64,000 bases of DNA, taken from Candidatus Poribacteria bacterium (lineage in GTDB: Bacteria; Poribacteria; WGA-4E; WGA-3G). Numbering within the stretch: the stretch's first letter is position 1; every line of letters starts with the position of its first letter. Location of the stretch: NCBI GenBank assembly GCA_965242965.1, contig OZ251518.1, positions 1,664,001 through 1,728,000 on the forward strand. The letters run 5' to 3'. A program made the position numbers and the translations under genes. Shown piece by piece: positions 20,067 through 30,342 of this stretch. Below the pieces are notes generated by a model, which made no database searches, was not told the origin of the DNA, and saw only the letters and a list, made by a program, of their open reading frames with translations.

Positions 20067-21068
20067 GTGAACTTAAAAACGCTTTTTGCACAACTTCAAG
20101 GCAAACGGATTACCATTATCGGGGATATCATCGTTGACGCATATCTCTGGGGGGATGTCAACCGAATTTCTCCGGAGGCACCGGTGCCGGTGTTTGACAT
20201 CACTTCGGAGGCGACGGGCTGCGGCGGCGCGGCGAACGTCGCACAGAATGTCGTCAGTGTAGGTGGGAGAGCAGAACTCGTCGGGGTTATCGGGAAGGAC
20301 AGCGCGGGGGAGAAGCTGCGCCGGATGCTCGCTGAGCCGCAAATCGGCGCCACCGGCATCTACACCGACGCGCAGCGGCCTACCAGCACGAAAACCCGCG
20401 CTATCGTCAATGAGAATGGGAAAACGAAAAACGGACAGGGACACCATCTGCTCCGCATTGATAAAGAGGCGAAGCATGCAATTTCCCCAAAGTTGCGGCA
20501 ACACCTGCTGGATGCTGTCACCTCGCGCTTTGCGGAAACGGACGCGATTGTGTTCGCCGATTACGATAAAGGCGTTGTCAGTCCCGAGCTCATCCGCGCT
20601 GTCGTCAAGCAGGCATCGCCGTTAGGCATCCCGATTATCGCTGATCCGAAGCAAAAGAACTTCTGGCACTACACCGGTGTGACCGCCATCACTCCGAATC
20701 AGAAGGAAGCCGGGAGTGCTGTCAAGAAGAAAATGCGCGATGAAGCGTGTCTCGCCGCCGCAGGCAAGGAGATTTTAGAACGGCTCTCCATCTCTGCTGT
20801 CCTGATGACGCGCGATGAGAACGGGATGACGCTCTTCCAACGCAATCGGGTGGAACACCTGCCACCGCAATCGGGCGCGGTTGTTGATGTAACCGGCGCG
20901 GGCGACACGGTAACCGCTGTCTTCGCGCTTGCACTCAGCTGCAAACAGTGCGCCGATATGCGAAGTGCCGCCGAGTTATCGAACCTTGCCGCCGGCATCG
21001 TCGTCGGGAAAATGGGGTGCGCTACCGTCACGCCGACAGAATTACGAGAGGCAATTGAATCGCGATGA
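20067..21068 (+). CDS. rfaE1: D-glycero-D-manno-heptose-7-phosphate kinase (HldE/RfaE kinase domain only)
   Basis: RISPEAPVPV, GGAANVA, DYDKG, DVTGAGDT. Confidence 0.9.
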   Translation: MNLKTLFAQLQGKRITIIGDIIVDAYLWGDVNRISPEAPVPVFDITSEATGCGGAANVAQNVVSVGGRAELVGVIGKDSAGEKLRRMLAEPQIGATGIYTDAQRPTSTKTRAIVNENGKTKNGQGHHLLRIDKEAKHAISPKLRQHLLDAVTSRFAETDAIVFADYDKGVVSPELIRAVVKQASPLGIPIIADPKQKNFWHYTGVTAITPNQKEAGSAVKKKMRDEACLAAAGKEILERLSISAVLMTRDENGMTLFQRNRVEHLPPQSGAVVDVTGAGDTVTAVFALALSCKQCADMRSAAELSNLAAGIVVGKMGCATVTPTELREAIESR

Positions 21069-21658
21069 AAACAATTTTCTTGGATAGAGACGGCGTTATC
21101 AACAAAACATCGGAAGAATCCCCCTTCGTCCAAAATCCGCCAAACTACGGCTACGTCCGAACGTGGGAAGGGTTTGATTTTCTGCCGAACTCGCGGAAAG
21201 CCATCAGAAACTTGACACAAAATGGGTATCGTGTTATTGTGGTTACCAATCAGGCTGGCATCGGGAGAGGGCTCTATACTGAAGATGCCCTGAACGATAT
21301 CCACCGTCGGATGTGTGCTGAGGTTGCGGCGGCTGGCGGGAAGATTCACGCTGTCTACTATTGTCCGCATCACCCGGACGATGGATGCGAGTGCCGTAAA
21401 CCGAAGCCGGGGATGTTGCACCGCGCCGCCCGCGAACACGGTATTGATGTATCAAAAACATATTTCATTGGCGATTCACTGGGAGATATTGAGGCAGGAC
21501 ACAGCGCGGGTGCCTCAACGATACTTGTCTTAACCGGGCATGGCCGCGAGAGTTACCGGCGTTATATCCATTCCGAGAACGCAGATGAGAAACCCGACAA
21601 AATCTTTACGAACCTCTACGCAGCAGTATGTTGGCTAACGGAAACCGGCGAACGATGA
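21065..21658 (+). CDS. gmhB: D,D-heptose 1,7-bisphosphate phosphatase
   Basis: FLDRDGVIN, TNQAGI, CPHHP...C.CRKPKPGM. Confidence 0.92.
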   Translation: MKTIFLDRDGVINKTSEESPFVQNPPNYGYVRTWEGFDFLPNSRKAIRNLTQNGYRVIVVTNQAGIGRGLYTEDALNDIHRRMCAEVAAAGGKIHAVYYCPHHPDDGCECRKPKPGMLHRAAREHGIDVSKTYFIGDSLGDIEAGHSAGASTILVLTGHGRESYRRYIHSENADEKPDKIFTNLYAAVCWLTETGER

Positions 21659-22962
21659 AAAACACGCTTCTTCAGAAAATTGAAACCCGCACCGCTCACG
21701 CCGGTGTCATCGGACTCGGCTATGTCGGATTGCCGCTCACGGTGGCCATCGCGAGTGCCGGCTTCCGCGTCACGGGCATTGACATCTGCGAGGAAAAAGT
21801 CGCGCGGCTGCAACGCGGCACCTCTGATGTCCCTGGTGTCCCCGAAGAACGCCTCGCCGATTTCATCCGTTCTGGACGCATTCAGGTGACAACGGATTAT
21901 GCGGTGCTTCGGGAACTAGATACCGTCAATATCTGTGTGCCAACGCCGCTGAACGAGAACCGAACGCCGGACATGCAGTTCATCAACGCCGCCGTTCATC
22001 AGATTGCGCAGTCCTTGCATCGCGAGCAGCTCATCCTGCTAGAGAGCACCACTTACCCCGGCACCACCGAAGAAATCGTGTTACCGACGCTTGGGACGAA
22101 AGCGCAAGTGGGACGCGATTTTTACCTTGCCTACTCACCCGAACGCATCGAGCCGGGAAACAGCACCTACTTCATGGAGAACACCCCTAAGATTATCGGT
22201 GGTATTACGCCGCAATGCACTAAAATCGCGACGGCGTTCTATGCGCAGTTTATTCATAAAACGCACACCGTCTCCTCACCCCGCGCCGCCGAGATGGTAA
22301 AATTGTTAGAGAATACCTTCCGGAGTGTCAACATCGGGCTCATCAACGAAATGGCACTCATCTGCGATAAAATGGGGTTGGATGTGTGGGAAATTGTTGA
22401 TGCCGCCGCAACGAAACCGTTCGGGTTTATGCCGTTTTATCCTGGGCCCGGCTCTGGCGGACATTGCATTCCCGTAGACGCGCAGTATCTCTCTTGGAAG
22501 GCGCGCGCCTATCATCATCACGCACGTTTTATTGAACTCGCCAGTGACATTAACGGTGCCATGCCGAAATATGTGCTGGATAAAATCGTCCACGCGCTCA
22601 ACCTCCAACGGAAACCGCTCAACGGCTCAAAACTCCTCATCTTGGGAATTGCTTACAAAAAAGAGGTAGGCGACATCCGAGAATCCCCTGCAATTGAAGT
22701 TATTCGGTTAATTCTTGACAAAAAAGCGGATTTCGTGTATCATGATCCTTACGTATCCAATTTTGTGTTGGATGCGCGCGAAACCTATCATTCTCAACCG
22801 CTAACCCCCGCGCTTGTAGCGAATGCAGACGGTGTGGTAATTCTCACAGACCACGGTGGCATCGATTACGAGTGCGTGGTGCGCCACGCGCAAGTCGTGG
22901 TGGATACGCGCAACGCGACGCGCGGCATCCAACACGGCCGCGAGAAAATTATCAAAATTTAA
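21655..22962 (+). CDS. Nucleotide-sugar dehydrogenase (UDP-N-acetylhexosamine 6-dehydrogenase-like)
   Basis: GLGYVGLP, CVPTP, ESTTYPGTT, KLLENTFR, GGHCIPVD. Confidence 0.9.
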   Translation: MKNTLLQKIETRTAHAGVIGLGYVGLPLTVAIASAGFRVTGIDICEEKVARLQRGTSDVPGVPEERLADFIRSGRIQVTTDYAVLRELDTVNICVPTPLNENRTPDMQFINAAVHQIAQSLHREQLILLESTTYPGTTEEIVLPTLGTKAQVGRDFYLAYSPERIEPGNSTYFMENTPKIIGGITPQCTKIATAFYAQFIHKTHTVSSPRAAEMVKLLENTFRSVNIGLINEMALICDKMGLDVWEIVDAAATKPFGFMPFYPGPGSGGHCIPVDAQYLSWKARAYHHHARFIELASDINGAMPKYVLDKIVHALNLQRKPLNGSKLLILGIAYKKEVGDIRESPAIEVIRLILDKKADFVYHDPYVSNFVLDARETYHSQPLTPALVANADGVVILTDHGGIDYECVVRHAQVVVDTRNATRGIQHGREKIIKI

Positions 22963-22988
22963 CGCCTCCCCTTTGGAGGAAACGAACA

Positions 22989-24542
22989 ATGTCAAAGTTG
23001 AACCCGAAATTGCAAATACGGCGGGACCAGCTCGCATGGCTCCTCGGCATGCTTTTGGACGAACGCGCCGTTTTCCAACTGGTAACCCTCTCCGGACTCG
23101 TGCCAGATCTGGACAAACTCTGCTCATTATCGAAGCGAAAATTGTTGGACAACTTAACCGATGCCTTCTTTGTGGAGGCCACCGTTGAAGAAACAACCTG
23201 CGAATTCTTTGCGGAACAAGCCGAGGCGGCGATAGCCCGCGTCGGATACATGGAGGTAGCCGAAATCGAGATGTTTTTTGATACCTCCGAGACCCTCATC
23301 GAGGCAGGGGAATTTGCCGAAGTCGTCTGGGCCCTGTTAACCGACGAACGGACAGCTGTCGCCACCCACGGCTATAGCCTCCTGCATGCCTCACACGCCG
23401 AAGAGTCCGCGCGTTCCGCAGACCGGGCGGCACTCGAAAATCAACTCGCCGCCGAAGAAATCGAAAAAATCCGAGTCGAATACGCCTACAACCTCGAAAT
23501 CGCGCAACAGGAGTTTGACAACCAGACCCGGGAGATGGAGCTCCTCCGACGTAAACGGGCTGAACTGCAGGGGCAGTATACGTCACTTGAGAAGAAGCAC
23601 AAGCAACAAGAGCAACACGTCGCGTTCCTGCTTGCCGAAAACAAGGCGCTGCGGGACAAAGACGAAAGTTATGAAGAAGAACGGAAGCGGTTGAAGATGC
23701 TTGAGCAGGAGAACAACATCTTCCGCGAACGCGAAGAGCAGTATGCCGCCATGAACGAGGAACTGCAGCAGCTCAGGCACGAAAACGAGAGCCTCATCGC
23801 CGCGCACGCTAACACGGCCGTCCGACTCAAGGAATACGAACGGATTAAGGCGGTAAAAGAAACCTTCGGCGTGGATTTGACGTTAGTAGAAGAAGCCGTT
23901 TACAAAGGCAATCAGGGACTGGAGGAACTGCAAACCAGCCTTGACGAGCATTTCAAAGCGTTGCAAAGAAATCAGGAGACCACGCGCAGCACGCTAACAC
24001 GGATTCGCGACACGCTCACCTATTTGGATACGCCGCCGGACCCTGAGGGCAAGCACGCACTCACACCCCAACAGCCGCGCGTCGGCGTGTTCGTGGATGT
24101 CCAGAATATGTTCTATGCCGCGAAGGACCGGTTTGCTCGACGCGTTGACTATATCAAGCTACTCGACCTGATAGTCGGGCCCCGGCACCTAGAGGCGGCG
24201 TATGCCTACGTGGTGCAGATACCGGAGATTAACCAGTCCAGTTTCCTGTCGCTGCTGGAGCATAACGGATACACAATCAAGAGCAAGGATTTGCGACTGC
24301 GCGGCGACGGTTCAGCGAAAGGCGATTGGGATGTCGGCATCGCCGTTGATGTCGTCTCCATGCTCGGCACACTGGACGTTGTCATCCTCGCGAGTGGCGA
24401 TGGGGATTTTTGCCCGCTCGCGGAACTCATCAAACAGCAGGACAAACGGGTGGAGGTGGTGGCGTTTGAACACAATACCTCCATGGATTTACAACACATC
24501 GCAGACCAGTTCTTCCCCATCGGAAACGAACTGTTGATTTAA
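22989..24542 (+). CDS. NYN (LabA-like PIN) domain protein with a long coiled coil
   Basis: C-terminal VFVDVQN, KGDWDVGIAVD, LASGDGDF.PL; central E/Q/K-rich heptads; GGAGG RBS. Confidence 0.88.
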   Translation: MSKLNPKLQIRRDQLAWLLGMLLDERAVFQLVTLSGLVPDLDKLCSLSKRKLLDNLTDAFFVEATVEETTCEFFAEQAEAAIARVGYMEVAEIEMFFDTSETLIEAGEFAEVVWALLTDERTAVATHGYSLLHASHAEESARSADRAALENQLAAEEIEKIRVEYAYNLEIAQQEFDNQTREMELLRRKRAELQGQYTSLEKKHKQQEQHVAFLLAENKALRDKDESYEEERKRLKMLEQENNIFREREEQYAAMNEELQQLRHENESLIAAHANTAVRLKEYERIKAVKETFGVDLTLVEEAVYKGNQGLEELQTSLDEHFKALQRNQETTRSTLTRIRDTLTYLDTPPDPEGKHALTPQQPRVGVFVDVQNMFYAAKDRFARRVDYIKLLDLIVGPRHLEAAYAYVVQIPEINQSSFLSLLEHNGYTIKSKDLRLRGDGSAKGDWDVGIAVDVVSMLGTLDVVILASGDGDFCPLAELIKQQDKRVEVVAFEHNTSMDLQHIADQFFPIGNELLI

Positions 24543-24544
24543 TT

Positions 24545-24840
24545 GAGGGTGTTTCATAAATCGCTCAGCGTCGCGGTGATATGCCCCGCGCTACGGTAAA
24601 AAAAACGCTGCCCCTTCACGTAGGGCGAGGGCCCTCGCATGCCACACGCGCATGCGAGTGGGTTTCCCTCGCCATGCGTTTGGCTGGCAGAGCGCATCAC
24701 CCCTGTAGTTCAGGATCGCCTGATCCTGACCCGTTCGGGAGCAGGCGCTCCCGAACTACAGAAGTGGGCCCGATGCATTCCGGTATTCGCCCGCCCTCCA
24801 AGGCGGGATAGATTCCGAAACGGGGTTATGAAACACCCGC
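24545..24840. mobile_element. MITE-like element copy 4
   Basis: TIRs at 24545 and 24827-24840; perfect 8-bp flanking repeat ATTTAATT. Confidence 0.88.
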
Positions 24841-24997
24841 ATTTAATTGAGGTGGCGGTAGGCACGCCTGCCGCCACCGTAACTTCAATCGCAAAAGATT
24901 TACGCAGAAGCGATTGCCGTAGGCGCGGTTTCAAACCGCACCTATCCGGGCGAAAACATTGAATGGCGTAAGTCTTGTAGCAAAGGATAATTTATTG

Positions 24998-25972
24998 ATG
25001 TATACCTTCATCATCATGTCATCGGGCGGTAAATCCTTCCGCCAGCATCCGATTGGCCCGTGGCACCTATTGCTATTCGCGCTGGTTGGCATCCTCGCCA
25101 TTGTCGGGACAGTCGGCGGGATAGGCTATGGGCTCCACGAAAAAAACAGAGCCATCGCGGCTGAAAAACAACGCCAAAATTCATTGGAGAAGATCGAACG
25201 TTTGGAGCAGGAGAAACTCATCGTTGAAACCGAACTTGAAAACGTTGAAGCGGAGATGAACGAGATCCGCGATATGGCCGTGAAGGTCAAGCAGGGATTA
25301 GGGCTCTTCGGGCAAGGCGGCGGCACTTATGAACCGACACCCGACACCCAAACCGAGGCAGGACTTTGGCAACCGGCAAACGCAAACGGCGCGGCCACGG
25401 ATACCGAAACCCACAACGGAAATTCCGAAACGCAAACCATCACGCTGTCCATCCTGAGACAGGAAGTTCAGCCGCTTTACGATTACGTCGTGGAACACCA
25501 AGAACAGGCGAACGGGTATCCTTCGATTCTGCCGGTGCAACTAGAGCAGGGAAATGGAAAGGAGAAGCTAGTTTTCTGGTATTCTTCGCCGTTTGGACAG
25601 CGCATTCATCCCTTAACGAAAAAGCGCGAATTTCACAAAGGATTAGACATCAAAACCCGTCCCGGTGTCCCTGTCATCGCCGCCGCTGATGGCACCGTCA
25701 CCAAAGTGAAACGCGAGGTGTATCTCGGCAAGATGGTAGAGATTAACCATACCGCGCAACGCCTGAAAACCTTGTATGCGCATTTGCAGGGTTACGCCGA
25801 CGGCCTCAAGGCAGGACAGCAGGTGAAACGCGGGCAGGTTATCGGTTATGTCGGGAATACGGGACGCAGCACCGGCGCGCATCTCCACTACGGTGTTTAC
25901 GATTCTCGCCAACGCAAATGGGTGAACCCAATTGGCTATATTCTTGACCAGGAACCAGTTTTCAAGCGATAG
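24998..25972 (+). CDS. M23 family metallopeptidase with N-terminal TM and coiled coil
   Basis: HKGLD, YAHL, GRSTGAHLHY. Confidence 0.9.
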   Translation: MYTFIIMSSGGKSFRQHPIGPWHLLLFALVGILAIVGTVGGIGYGLHEKNRAIAAEKQRQNSLEKIERLEQEKLIVETELENVEAEMNEIRDMAVKVKQGLGLFGQGGGTYEPTPDTQTEAGLWQPANANGAATDTETHNGNSETQTITLSILRQEVQPLYDYVVEHQEQANGYPSILPVQLEQGNGKEKLVFWYSSPFGQRIHPLTKKREFHKGLDIKTRPGVPVIAAADGTVTKVKREVYLGKMVEINHTAQRLKTLYAHLQGYADGLKAGQQVKRGQVIGYVGNTGRSTGAHLHYGVYDSRQRKWVNPIGYILDQEPVFKR

Positions 25973-27482
25973 TGGCATAATTTCGGCGTTGTTTATCTCG
26001 CTACCCGGATGCTTGCTCATTTTTCTCGTGAGCGTGGGTATTGCCTTCGCACAATGGCGCACCGCGCCCCATCGAGACCAGGAGGTCTCGCCTACCGGAA
26101 GGTTGCATCGAGACCGGGAGGTCTCGCCTACGGGGACATCAGTCGTCTTCGCACAAGGGGCACAATGGCGCGCCGAGCCCACTGAAAACCTGCCGCTTTG
26201 CACCGCGAAGAACGAACAACACTTCCCAGTCCTCATCACCGATGGCGCGGACGGCGCAATCGTCGCTTGGAGTGATGCACGCAGCGCGAACCGTGACATC
26301 TACGCACAGCGAGTGAACACAAACGGTGAGATGCTCTGGAACCCTGATGGCATCCCTGTTTGCGATACCCCCGCGGCGCAAAGTTGGCCCCTGATCGTCG
26401 AAGATGGAGACGATGGGGCGATTATCGTGTGGGGAGATACGCGCTACGGCAACCAAGACATCTACGCGCAACGCATTGACGCAAACGGCGCGAAGATATG
26501 GCAACCCGAAGGCATCTCTGTCTGCACCGAACCGTCCTTACAAGACGGCCTCCAAGCCATCGCCGATGGCGAAGGCGGCGTGATTGTCACATGGGAGGAC
26601 TGGCGAAACGGCAATCAAGATGTCTATGCACAGAAAATTGACGGTGCGGGGAAACCTGTCTGGCAGGAAAACGGCGTGCCTGCCTACAAAGGTGCTGGAG
26701 ACCAGTACGACCCGGTTTTAATCGCCGATGGCGAAGGCGGCGCGATTTTCGCATGGTGGGACATCAGCACGCCGGATTGGAATATCTTCGCGCAACGTCT
26801 GTCTGCAAATGGCACATCGATGTGGGGAGAAGCACTTCCTATTTGCACAGCGATGGGGAATCAGGGAGGCCCGGCTGTCGTTAGCGATGAAAACGGCGGT
26901 GCGTTCTTCACCTGGTCAGATTATCGCAACGATCCGAATTTCTACACGAGTGCGCAGTTGTATGCGCAGCATGTCAACGCCGATGGCATTGCACTTTGGG
27001 AGCAGGATGGGATTCCTATCAGTGCGTTGGCTGTCAATCAGCAACAGCCTGCCTGTATTCCTGATGGCGCGGGCGGCTTCATCGTCGTTTGGTGGGATGA
27101 GCGCGATATCTTCGCCGACATCTATGCGCAACGGATGAACGCCGCTGGAGAAGTGCTGTGGGCAAAAGCGGGAGTCCCTGTTTGCACCGGTGCCGGTGTC
27201 CAGCGTGAGCCGCAGCTTGTCTCTGCTGGTGATGGCGGCGCGATTGCCTACTGGCTTGATTACCGCGAAGACTTCGGCGATACAACGGAGGATGCCATTT
27301 ATGCGCAACGCCTCAGTCCGAACGGCGAGGCGTTGTGGGAGAAAGATGGCGTGCCAGTCTGCACCGCGAAGAGAGAGCAAATCTCACCGCAGGCGGTTGC
27401 AGCTGGTGTGGGGAAGGCCATCATCGTTTGGAGTGATGCGCGTGGTGAGGATTATGATATTTATGTGCATCGGGTGCCGTGA
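25932..27482 (+). CDS. Secreted 8-repeat (probable beta-propeller) protein; start uncertain
   Basis: Eight ~55-aa repeats Q..P....DG.GGA...W.D.R....DIYAQR....G...W...G.PVC; signal-like segment ending AFA. Confidence 0.8.
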   Translation: MAIFLTRNQFSSDSGIISALFISLPGCLLIFLVSVGIAFAQWRTAPHRDQEVSPTGRLHRDREVSPTGTSVVFAQGAQWRAEPTENLPLCTAKNEQHFPVLITDGADGAIVAWSDARSANRDIYAQRVNTNGEMLWNPDGIPVCDTPAAQSWPLIVEDGDDGAIIVWGDTRYGNQDIYAQRIDANGAKIWQPEGISVCTEPSLQDGLQAIADGEGGVIVTWEDWRNGNQDVYAQKIDGAGKPVWQENGVPAYKGAGDQYDPVLIADGEGGAIFAWWDISTPDWNIFAQRLSANGTSMWGEALPICTAMGNQGGPAVVSDENGGAFFTWSDYRNDPNFYTSAQLYAQHVNADGIALWEQDGIPISALAVNQQQPACIPDGAGGFIVVWWDERDIFADIYAQRMNAAGEVLWAKAGVPVCTGAGVQREPQLVSAGDGGAIAYWLDYREDFGDTTEDAIYAQRLSPNGEALWEKDGVPVCTAKREQISPQAVAAGVGKAIIVWSDARGEDYDIYVHRVP

Positions 27483-27501
27483 AACCTATTTTTCCTGTAT
27501 C

Positions 27502-28370
27502 GTAGCGCGGGGGCCTGTCCCCCGCGTTGTCCAGCGTCAAGATGCAGTCTTAGGTCCTTTAGGACCTACATGTCTATAGAAAAACGTGTCGTACCGTTTT
27601 TAAGGTCCTTTAGGTCCTTAATAAAAAAGCGCGGCCCTGGTAAAATCTATTAAGGACCTAAAGGACCTTAGGGCTCTTCGTGGGTGTGCGTGCTATAGAC
27701 ATTAAGGTCCTACGGACCTAAATAGTTATCCATTGCAAAATCAGTTTCGTCGTCGCGAGGGGTATAATCCTGAAAATCGTGGAAATCTTGAAAATCCTGC
27801 TTCAGCGCGTTGGCATGGCGCGGGACAGGCCCGCGCCCTACGGTGCGGGGGAGCGATTTGAGAATGTGCTATAGACATTCAGGTCCTACGGCCCTAAAGA
27901 GCAGGTTTTTACAAAAGCGGTTTCGTCGTCGCGCGGGCCCTAATCCTGAAAATCTTGTGAATCTTGTAAATCCTGCTTCAGCGCGTTGGCATGGCGAGGG
28001 ACAGGCCCCCGCCCTACGGTAAGTGGGCGCGATTTGGATCTCTGGCGAGGGCCAGGTTATCGCCCGATGGGTGCGCTCCTACATTAAGGTCTTACAGACC
28101 TTATGTATTGCCAGTTCTGACGTGCTATAGACATGTAGGTCCTACGGACCTAAAGAGCCGTCCATTGCAAAATCAGTTTCGTCGCCGCGCGGGGTATAAT
28201 CGTGAAAATCGTGGAAATCGTGAAAATCCTGCTTCAGAGCGTTGGCATGGCGCGGGACAGGCCCGCGCCCTACGGTAAGGGCGCGCGATTTGAGTCTGGC
28301 GCGGGACAGGCCCGCGCCCTACGGTGCGCGCGGGCGCGATTTGTCTGACGCGGGACAGGCCCGCGCCAAA
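27502..28370. repeat. Large intergenic repeat mosaic (GTAG hairpins, GGACCT modules, 9-bp AATC(C/G/T)TG arrays)
   Basis: Three related units at about 27700, 27870 and 28125, each with CTATAGACAT..AGGTCCTACGG, AATCCTGAAAATC.. and a hairpin ending CTAC. Confidence 0.88.
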
Positions 28371-28376
28371 CGGTTA

Positions 28377-30314
28377 TCAGTTCGACAATTCAGCCAACCG
28401 AGTCAAATGCCAATTCGCATCCTCCAATGCCTCATAGACGACACCGCCTTCAACGTTGGCAGGCATCGGAAGGCCCAGCAGATAGCAAAGCGTCGGCGCG
28501 ACATCGACGACGCGAACTTGCCGCTGTAAAGTAACCCCTGCCCGAACGCCAGCACCCGATAGGATAAACGTTGAATGCTGCCCACCAATGCCGAAACTGA
28601 CAGAAGGCAACTGCTTCCCATGCGCTCCATCAAATTCTGGCAGCAGCGCGTAGACAACGTCTCCGACGAGCTCGCCGTGTAAATTGAGCATCTCCGCGTC
28701 CGCGCGCGTCACGGCTAAGGTGAAGGGATGTCTGCCGGTTTCTGCATCTTGATAAGCGTGGAGCGCGGCGATAATTTCACGTTGCGTCGCCTCATAGGCT
28801 TCCGGTACGACGATACCGTTCGGTTCGCGGCCGGCTAAATTGATGAAGATATGCACCAGCCCAACGTTGACAGCGCGGGTTTTGCTCCAGTCGATTTCCC
28901 CGTTCTCAGTGCGGACGATGAACCCTGTCTCCTCTAATACCTTCTCAATATCGACAGCGCGAAATTGGTTCGGCGTGCCACCGTGGTCGGAACAGACGAG
29001 GATGACGGTGTCTTCATCGGCAAGTTGCATCAACCTGCCTATCATCCTATCGACGGATTCATACGTGCGGCGCAAACCTTCACGACACCGGTGGATGGTT
29101 TCCGAGGCGGCACCACTGAGCTCATCCGCTTGGCTGAGGAAAAAATGACTGGCGTAGTCGGGCGCATGCGTCTCTACCATCAGCACATTCCACTCGTCGT
29201 CGTTTTTGGCGAGGTGCGTCGCCACATCGGCGAGGCGTTGGTGGTGATACTCCAGCAGCTCAAAATAGGTGTCGTCATCAAGCTGCCCGAGCGCGTCGCG
29301 CGCCGGATTCTGAAGGAACGAACCGATTTCTTCGTCGATTGTCGTTGCGACGGCTGAAGGTACCGTGTATCCTTCGCGGGGCCAGATCTGCGGCACGAAC
29401 AACTCAAACGCGTCAGCGTTCGGTGTCAGCGTGACCAGTTTCATCCGAACGTAGCCTTCCACTTCTGCGCCGTCAATTTCAAATGCGTCTAGCCACCAGT
29501 CGCTCCACTCTCCCACGCCGAGTTCCGCAACGACATCGTCACCGGAACGGGTTCGGCAGATGCGAATCGTGTCGTATCCGTTCTCGCCATCGGCGTAGAT
29601 GAGGCCGTAAAACGGCTTCGGTGTCCCGGTTTTACCGCGGTTCATATTCTCTCTGCCTCGCGCCAGCGGTTGGATGGTTAACTCAACTTCCAGCGCGGGT
29701 TCTTGTGAATCTGGCAGTGCATTCCATTTGTCCGCTTCAATAGGCTGAAGCGTCACAGGATCGATGTGCCGAATTTTCTGCAGCGCGCTCGGGTCTAACG
29801 TTTCCGGGTCGCGTTGGCCGCCAATGGGACGTGGTGCCCACTTCCCGGCGACGAAAAGGTGATACCCGGCAATCTGATGGTGATTGGATACACCGGGTCC
29901 CGTGCCTTCCACCTGAATCCCCGTTGTGACGGTAGGCGGCCAGGACATCTCCCATTTTACCAAAATCGGTTTACCACCGGCGCGTTCAACGAGATTCCAC
30001 AGGTATTCGGATTGACAGAGGCTGGTGTTGATACCCCACACCGTCTTGTCGAGTTGTTCGCCGAGGGCACGAATGTTAAAATCCATCACTTTGTGCGTGC
30101 CGGGCCATGAGCCGGTGGAGAGTGCAGTCCAGCCGGGTGGTGTGAGCGTCGGGAATACGCCTATCATCGGGCGATACACGCCGGTGTTGAGGAGGTGTCC
30201 CATATTCGGCGCGTGTCCCCAGTCAATAGAATTTTTGACGAGTTCCATGCTTGCCCCGTCCATGCCGATGATAATGGCGCGTTTCGCGGGTGCAAGGTGT
30301 GTCTGTCTTTTCAT
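28377..30314 (-). CDS. Alkaline phosphatase superfamily / nucleotide pyrophosphatase-phosphodiesterase protein
   Basis: IIGMDG, PTLTPPGW..L.TG, CSDHG, VDVAPT. Confidence 0.88.
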   Translation of the reverse strand: MKRQTHLAPAKRAIIIGMDGASMELVKNSIDWGHAPNMGHLLNTGVYRPMIGVFPTLTPPGWTALSTGSWPGTHKVMDFNIRALGEQLDKTVWGINTSLCQSEYLWNLVERAGGKPILVKWEMSWPPTVTTGIQVEGTGPGVSNHHQIAGYHLFVAGKWAPRPIGGQRDPETLDPSALQKIRHIDPVTLQPIEADKWNALPDSQEPALEVELTIQPLARGRENMNRGKTGTPKPFYGLIYADGENGYDTIRICRTRSGDDVVAELGVGEWSDWWLDAFEIDGAEVEGYVRMKLVTLTPNADAFELFVPQIWPREGYTVPSAVATTIDEEIGSFLQNPARDALGQLDDDTYFELLEYHHQRLADVATHLAKNDDEWNVLMVETHAPDYASHFFLSQADELSGAASETIHRCREGLRRTYESVDRMIGRLMQLADEDTVILVCSDHGGTPNQFRAVDIEKVLEETGFIVRTENGEIDWSKTRAVNVGLVHIFINLAGREPNGIVVPEAYEATQREIIAALHAYQDAETGRHPFTLAVTRADAEMLNLHGELVGDVVYALLPEFDGAHGKQLPSVSFGIGGQHSTFILSGAGVRAGVTLQRQVRVVDVAPTLCYLLGLPMPANVEGGVVYEALEDANWHLTRLAELSN

Positions 30315-30342
30315 GTTTTCTCCTTGTATGCCACATTAACCT

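Noticed and set aside
20067-22962. Heptose kinase without an adenylyltransferase domain as a novel pathway
   Set aside because: Split rfaE1/rfaE2 genes are common, and the partner may lie elsewhere in the genome.
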